Shown here: positions 59,805 through 64,000 of the stretch, piece by piece | How positions within the stretch are numbered: position 1 is the stretch's first letter | Layout of the letters: each line of letters opens with the position of its first letter | Assembly: GCA_963674785.1 (NCBI GenBank) | Contig: OY771555.1 | Coordinates: forward strand, 1,824,001 to 1,888,000 | Reading direction: 5' to 3' | DNA length: 64,000 nt | DNA from: Caldisericia bacterium | GTDB taxonomy: Bacteria > Caldisericota > Caldisericia > JAAYUI01 | Made by a program: the position numbers and the translations under genes | Notes under the pieces: model-generated | What the model was told of the DNA's origin: nothing | What the model saw: the letters and a program-made list of their open reading frames with translations, nothing else | The model's database searches: none

Positions 59805-60398
59805 ATGCGCATAATCAAATACAACGAAGTAAACTCAACTCAACTCGTTGCAAAAGGGTTAGCAAAAAGTGAAAACGACTTAACACTGGTTCTTGCTGAC
59901 AATCAAACATCAGGGATAGGAAGATACGATAGAAAATGGGTTTCGGGCATTGGTGGTCTTTGGGGAACATGGATCTTAAAGCAAGAAATCCCTATTGAGA
60001 AGCTTCCTTTTTTAGCACTTTTTGTGGGATACTTTATTCACCAAATGCTTTGGAAAGATAACATTAAAGTGAATCTAAAATATCCAAATGACATTTTGTT
60101 TGTGGACAAAAAACTTGCCGGAATTCTTTGTAATTCAAGTATTTGTGGGAATCAACATATCTACTCACTTGTCGGAATTGGACTAAATGTTTCGAATAAT
60201 CCACCACCTGAGGGGGTGTCACTCGACGAGATTTCAAAAAGGAGGTTTGAGATTCCAAACCTTATAAATGCAATCACAGATTCAATTGTTGAAGCCAGAA
60301 ATCTTCTTATTAAATCAGATCCAAAAATCATTTTTTCTAAACTAAGTGAAATAAATACATTGAATTTACCCCTTGACAATAATTTGAATTCATTATAA
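59805..60398 (+). CDS. birA: biotin--protein ligase (no HTH, short C-terminus)
   Basis: STQ, QTSGIGR..RKW.S, KYPND, KLAGIL, GIGLNV. Confidence 0.85.
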   Translation: MRIIKYNEVNSTQLVAKGLAKSENDLTLVLADNQTSGIGRYDRKWVSGIGGLWGTWILKQEIPIEKLPFLALFVGYFIHQMLWKDNIKVNLKYPNDILFVDKKLAGILCNSSICGNQHIYSLVGIGLNVSNNPPPEGVSLDEISKRRFEIPNLINAITDSIVEARNLLIKSDPKIIFSKLSEINTLNLPLDNNLNSL

Positions 60399-60408
60399 AA
60401 ACATTCGC

Positions 60409-60627
60409 ATGCCGATATACGAATTTATTTGTAAAAAATGTGGTGAGAAATTTGAGATTTTCACCCAGAAACTGAATGACAATAACGCATCTTGCCCAAA
60501 ATGTGGTTCTGAGGACACAAACAAGGTAATTTCTCCCCTTGGCTACATGAAGCACCCTGATGACAGCGGTCCAGGTCATAGACAATCAAATAGCTGTAGC
60601 ACAGGTGGTTGTGGCTCGGGAAAATAA
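60409..60627 (+). CDS. FmdB-family zinc ribbon protein
   Basis: MPIYEFICKKCG..FE...CPKCGS...KVIS. Confidence 0.88.
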   Translation: MPIYEFICKKCGEKFEIFTQKLNDNNASCPKCGSEDTNKVISPLGYMKHPDDSGPGHRQSNSCSTGGCGSGK

Positions 60628-61918
60628 CGAATCGATTAAGCAAGAAAACCCGTACATTAAACAGTTCCTTCATTGGTTTCTTGTTGAACGCGGAAGAAGC
60701 AAGAGAAGTGCTGACGCGTACAAGTGGGAGCTTGAGAAGTTCTTTGCGTTCCTCAAGAGTCATGAAGAAAAGATAAATATTGGTAAGGTCACAAAATTTC
60801 AGGTAAGAGAATATTTAACGACGCTTGATGAGCTTTCCGCAAGCACAAGGGAACGTGCCGTTTCGTGCCTCAAATCCTTCTTTAGATTCCTTTTGGTTGA
60901 GGGTTACATACCCAGCAACCCAATGGAGACGATTTATACTCCGGTCATCAGAAAAAAAGTTCCAAATTTCTTCTCAAAAAAGCAGTGTTTGAAACTGACC
61001 GATTACCTTGAAAAGAGAATCGAAGAAATAGAGGATGCCAGGGGAAAAATAATCCAAAAAATAATTGAGTATTCTGGCTCAGGTTTTTTCCTTGAACATA
61101 TAATCCTTCTTTTGATTGTTGGGGGACTATCAAAATCTCAGATAATAAACCTGAAGTTTTCAGACTGTAAAACAAAAACTGGCAAAATAATCCTTGCCAA
61201 CAAAGAATCAATAACGCTTCCAAAAAACCAAAGAAAACTTTTTGCAGGGTTTTTAAAGGCAATGAATCCTGACTTTGAAAAAAGTAATCTGAACATCTTT
61301 GAAAGTCACTACAAATTTGAAAATCAAATCCCATCAAAATCTGACTTGCTAAGAAAACTTGATTTTTCTAGTGACAACCCCGAATGGGAAACACTCTTAA
61401 AATCAATTGATCCCGCTACATTGGAATGGGCATATCGAGATCAAGCCATAATTGTACTTCTCTTATCAACAGGGATAAGGAGAATAGAGCTTTCAAATCT
61501 CACAATAAAGAATGTTGATTTGAAGGATGCCACGATAACGGTCACCAGAAAAGGTGGAGACCAACAAGTTATTGAGCTCAACAATGATTCAGTTTATTGC
61601 CTTGAACAATATCTAAAACTGAGGGACTCAAAAGAAAAAAGCCTGTTCGTATCGAGCAAAAACAAAAAGATGACTCCTGAAAGCCTTCACTATATAGTAA
61701 AAAAAATCATTTCTGATTGTGGGCTTAAGGGTTCTGCACATACCCTTAGACATACCTTTGTGACAGAACTCGTAAGAGCAGGTGTCCCTCTTCCGGTCAT
61801 TCAATCCCTTGTTGGACATCGAAACGCAAATACAACAATAAGATATACCCACATTATCTCCAAAGATCGAAGGTCTGCTGTTTCGAAAATAAACCTTGGA
61901 TTGAAAAAAACTAACTAA
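60611..61918 (+). CDS. Xer-type tyrosine recombinase with internal insertion
   Basis: SAM-like N-terminal domain; catalytic R (TGIRRIEL), K (RKGG), HTLRH, LVGH, TIRY; start uncertain (60560 or GTG 60611). Confidence 0.88.
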   Translation: MARENNESIKQENPYIKQFLHWFLVERGRSKRSADAYKWELEKFFAFLKSHEEKINIGKVTKFQVREYLTTLDELSASTRERAVSCLKSFFRFLLVEGYIPSNPMETIYTPVIRKKVPNFFSKKQCLKLTDYLEKRIEEIEDARGKIIQKIIEYSGSGFFLEHIILLLIVGGLSKSQIINLKFSDCKTKTGKIILANKESITLPKNQRKLFAGFLKAMNPDFEKSNLNIFESHYKFENQIPSKSDLLRKLDFSSDNPEWETLLKSIDPATLEWAYRDQAIIVLLLSTGIRRIELSNLTIKNVDLKDATITVTRKGGDQQVIELNNDSVYCLEQYLKLRDSKEKSLFVSSKNKKMTPESLHYIVKKIISDCGLKGSAHTLRHTFVTELVRAGVPLPVIQSLVGHRNANTTIRYTHIISKDRRSAVSKINLGLKKTN

Positions 61919-61968
61919 ACCCGTTTACAATGACGTATAAAACTGTATACTACAAGCAGGAGGTTGGT

Positions 61969-62487
61969 ATGCTTGAATGCAAACGGTGTGGAAGAGCCAA
62001 CATTGAAGGTTCACATTCGTGTGAGTTTTGTGGCGACCTTTTAGGGGCGCTAGGACATCAATTCGAAGAGATTCTGGCAAAACCAAACTACATAAGATTC
62101 CCTCATCCTCCGAGCACAGTTACCACCCCACATCCAGTGGTGAAAAAGAGGACAAACATGGTGGGTAAGCTTACGCTCAACGACATAAGAGAATTTATTC
62201 TCGAAGGAAAAGACACATTTTTAATTGGCAGGTCTGATAATATTACTGGTTCCCAACCAGAAATAGACCTTTCACCTTTTGATACAGAGATGGTCACATC
62301 AAGAAAACATGCTCAAATCCTAAAAAAGGGTGGTGCCTTTTTTATCGAAGATCTTGAGTCAACAAATTTTACATATCTAAATGGAAGAATGCTTTCACCA
62401 AATACACCAACAAAACTTGATGACGGTGATGTTATAAGAATAGGTAAGATATACCTCGTATATTCACTGGTATCAAAAGAACAATAA
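61969..62487 (+). CDS. zinc-ribbon plus FHA domain protein
   Basis: CKRC...CEFC; IGRSD...SRKHA...DLESTN.T; AGGAGG SD before ATG 61969. Confidence 0.88.
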   Translation: MLECKRCGRANIEGSHSCEFCGDLLGALGHQFEEILAKPNYIRFPHPPSTVTTPHPVVKKRTNMVGKLTLNDIREFILEGKDTFLIGRSDNITGSQPEIDLSPFDTEMVTSRKHAQILKKGGAFFIEDLESTNFTYLNGRMLSPNTPTKLDDGDVIRIGKIYLVYSLVSKEQ

Positions 62488-62544
62488 ACTTACATCCCCA
62501 GTATTTGTATTGTTTATTGTAATATTTTTTTCTAGGAGGAACAT

Positions 62545-64000
62545 ATGATGGACACCAAAGTACTTGTTAAAAAGTACAAGGTTCTTGAGCCGCTTGCCTC
62601 GGGCGGGATGGCAACTGTATACCTTGCAAAGAATATGGCAACCGATGAGATTGTGGTTGCAAAAATTCCAAATTTTACTGGTCTGCCAAACAAAGATAAA
62701 CTTGAACAAAGATTTATTAGAGAAGCTCAGATACTCTCAAGCATCAATAGCGAGTACGTCGTAAAAATCCATGATTACGGCAAAGATGAAGAATCAGGGG
62801 AACTCTTCCTGATTCTTGAATATCTTCATGGTAAAACCCTTGAAGAAATAACCATGAGTAGTGAACGGATTCCAATCCCCACGGTTGTTGATTTAACAAC
62901 ACAACTGGCACAGGTACTATCAGACTTGCATAATCAGGGAATCATTCATAGAGACATAAAAAGTAGCAACGTAAAACTTACATCCGCAGGAAACATAAAA
63001 CTTTTTGATTTTGGCATAAGTAAGGGTAAAGACCTTCCAGCAATGACGAGATCAACCGATTTCCTTGGGACTCTTCAATATATGTCTCCTGAGCAGGCAG
63101 ATGGAAGAGACGTTGATATAAGATCAGACATATACTCTCTTGGAATAGTGCTTTATGAGATGCTCTTTGGAGAGCTTCCATTTGATGCGCCATCACCAGT
63201 CGAAGTTCTTGAGATGCAGAGAAAACAAAACCCAAAAATCCCATCATCTGCAAACAGCCGAGGGATACCAGCATCTCTACTCTCTCTCATGCTTCGATGC
63301 ATGAAGAAAAACCCAGACGACAGATACCAAAATCCCGAGGAACTCTTAAGCGCACTAAGTGTTGTCTCTGAAGAAATTGGGATGTCTGATAAGGAACGAG
63401 AAAATCTCAGAAGAAAAAAACTCACCCAAATTTCCTCACGAATTGTACCTACGTATGAGAAAAGGAACCGAAAACGAAGAACAGCAGCAATTTCAATTAT
63501 TGTTGCTGGACTGATTGCGATCGGTGGAGGTATGTTTGCTTTGCGTAGCTGCGGAAAAGAACCAATTACCCCGGATTTCCAGGTTGCGCAAGGTGAAACT
63601 GTCAAATATGAACTTCCACTTTCCGCTCCGCAAGACGCAATTGATTTAAACGCAACAATTTCAGAGATACCAGATGGACTGATTGTAAATCTTGATGAGA
63701 TTGAAAATGATAGTGGTTCGAGTTGGGTCTTAACGACTTTTGCAAAATTCAAAACCCCAACAGATATCTACCCACTTAAACTAAACATTGAATATGTTTT
63801 TCCAGACAAAAAAGATAGTGATGAGCAACCGCTGTATATCGAGGTAATTACTGGAAATCTTGGAAGCAAAGCATTAAAGATTGTCAAAGTCTCAGACATT
63901 GAAGAGCTTGAAAATCAAACTGGTGAAAGGGTTGAAGATGCCGTATTGATTGATGGTAAAGCTTATATCCCAATCGATAAAATTGCCGATGCAACATCCG
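62545..64000 (+). CDS. Hanks-type Ser/Thr protein kinase with TM and extracellular region (runs off the window end; not in the ORF track)
   Basis: Translated by hand: LASGGMATVY, VVAK, HRDIKSSN, DFG, GTLQYMSPEQ, DIYSLG, then a TM helix; last residues GKAYIPI resemble a stalk domain; AGGAGG SD. Confidence 0.92.
   Translation, partial: MMDTKVLVKKYKVLEPLASGGMATVYLAKNMATDEIVVAKIPNFTGLPNKDKLEQRFIREAQILSSINSEYVVKIHDYGKDEESGELFLILEYLHGKTLEEITMSSERIPIPTVVDLTTQLAQVLSDLHNQGIIHRDIKSSNVKLTSAGNIKLFDFGISKGKDLPAMTRSTDFLGTLQYMSPEQADGRDVDIRSDIYSLGIVLYEMLFGELPFDAPSPVEVLEMQRKQNPKIPSSANSRGIPASLLSLMLRCMKKNPDDRYQNPEELLSALSVVSEEIGMSDKERENLRRKKLTQISSRIVPTYEKRNRKRRTAAISIIVAGLIAIGGGMFALRSCGKEPITPDFQVAQGETVKYELPLSAPQDAIDLNATISEIPDGLIVNLDEIENDSGSSWVLTTFAKFKTPTDIYPLKLNIEYVFPDKKDSDEQPLYIEVITGNLGSKALKIVKVSDIEELENQTGERVEDAVLIDGKAYIPIDKIADATS

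Noticed and set aside
59805-59832. dif-like sequence (TGCGCATAA) near the Xer gene
   Set aside because: Only a XerC-arm-like part matches, there is no XerD arm, and it lies within the birA start
62473-63752. Short ORFs listed over the last 1.5 kb
   Set aside because: They overlap the Ser/Thr kinase frame that starts at 62545 and runs off the window
60560-64000. Integrative element or prophage starting at the tyrosine recombinase
   Set aside because: The flanking genes are ordinary chromosomal genes; no att repeats, phage or conjugation genes

Overview
Gene-dense, AT-rich chromosomal segment of a bacterium that looks anaerobic. Several secreted proteins end in copper-amine-oxidase-N-type 'stalk' domains, which suggests Caldisericia or a similar lineage (inference only). 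Most of the window is housekeeping: tRNA-Ile/tRNA-Ala, leuS, ychF, sucCD, rluD, pcrA, rpoD, dnaG, ppdK, rpmH-rnpA-yidD-yidC-jag-mnmE, dprA, acpS, tyrS, hutU, nnr, rapZ-yvcK-rpoN, queA, birA, a Xer-type recombinase, FHA proteins and a Ser/Thr kinase. No IS, prophage or CRISPR array was found. The standout is a minus-strand operon (30796->23316): Rieske protein, cytochrome b fused to a 2x[4Fe-4S] domain, MvhD/FlxD, FlxC, FlxB, FlxA (FAD/NAD), a second cytochrome b and two small membrane proteins. The two cytochromes b show complementary losses. One keeps the Qo motif (PDWY) and only the heme bL ligands, and carries an extracytoplasmic insert of about 285 aa. The other keeps all four heme His, lacks the Qo site and carries an HdrA-like ferredoxin tail. 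This suggests an asymmetric Rieske/cytb complex wired to NAD(H), with a Rex-like operator upstream. Other oddities are tRNA-linked tandem repeats, a 185-nt dnaG/rpoD overlap, rpmH without a divergent dnaA, a sigma54-type promoter upstream of the rpoN operon, an NfeD-DUF4097 fusion and a recombinase with a duplicated degenerate Box I.
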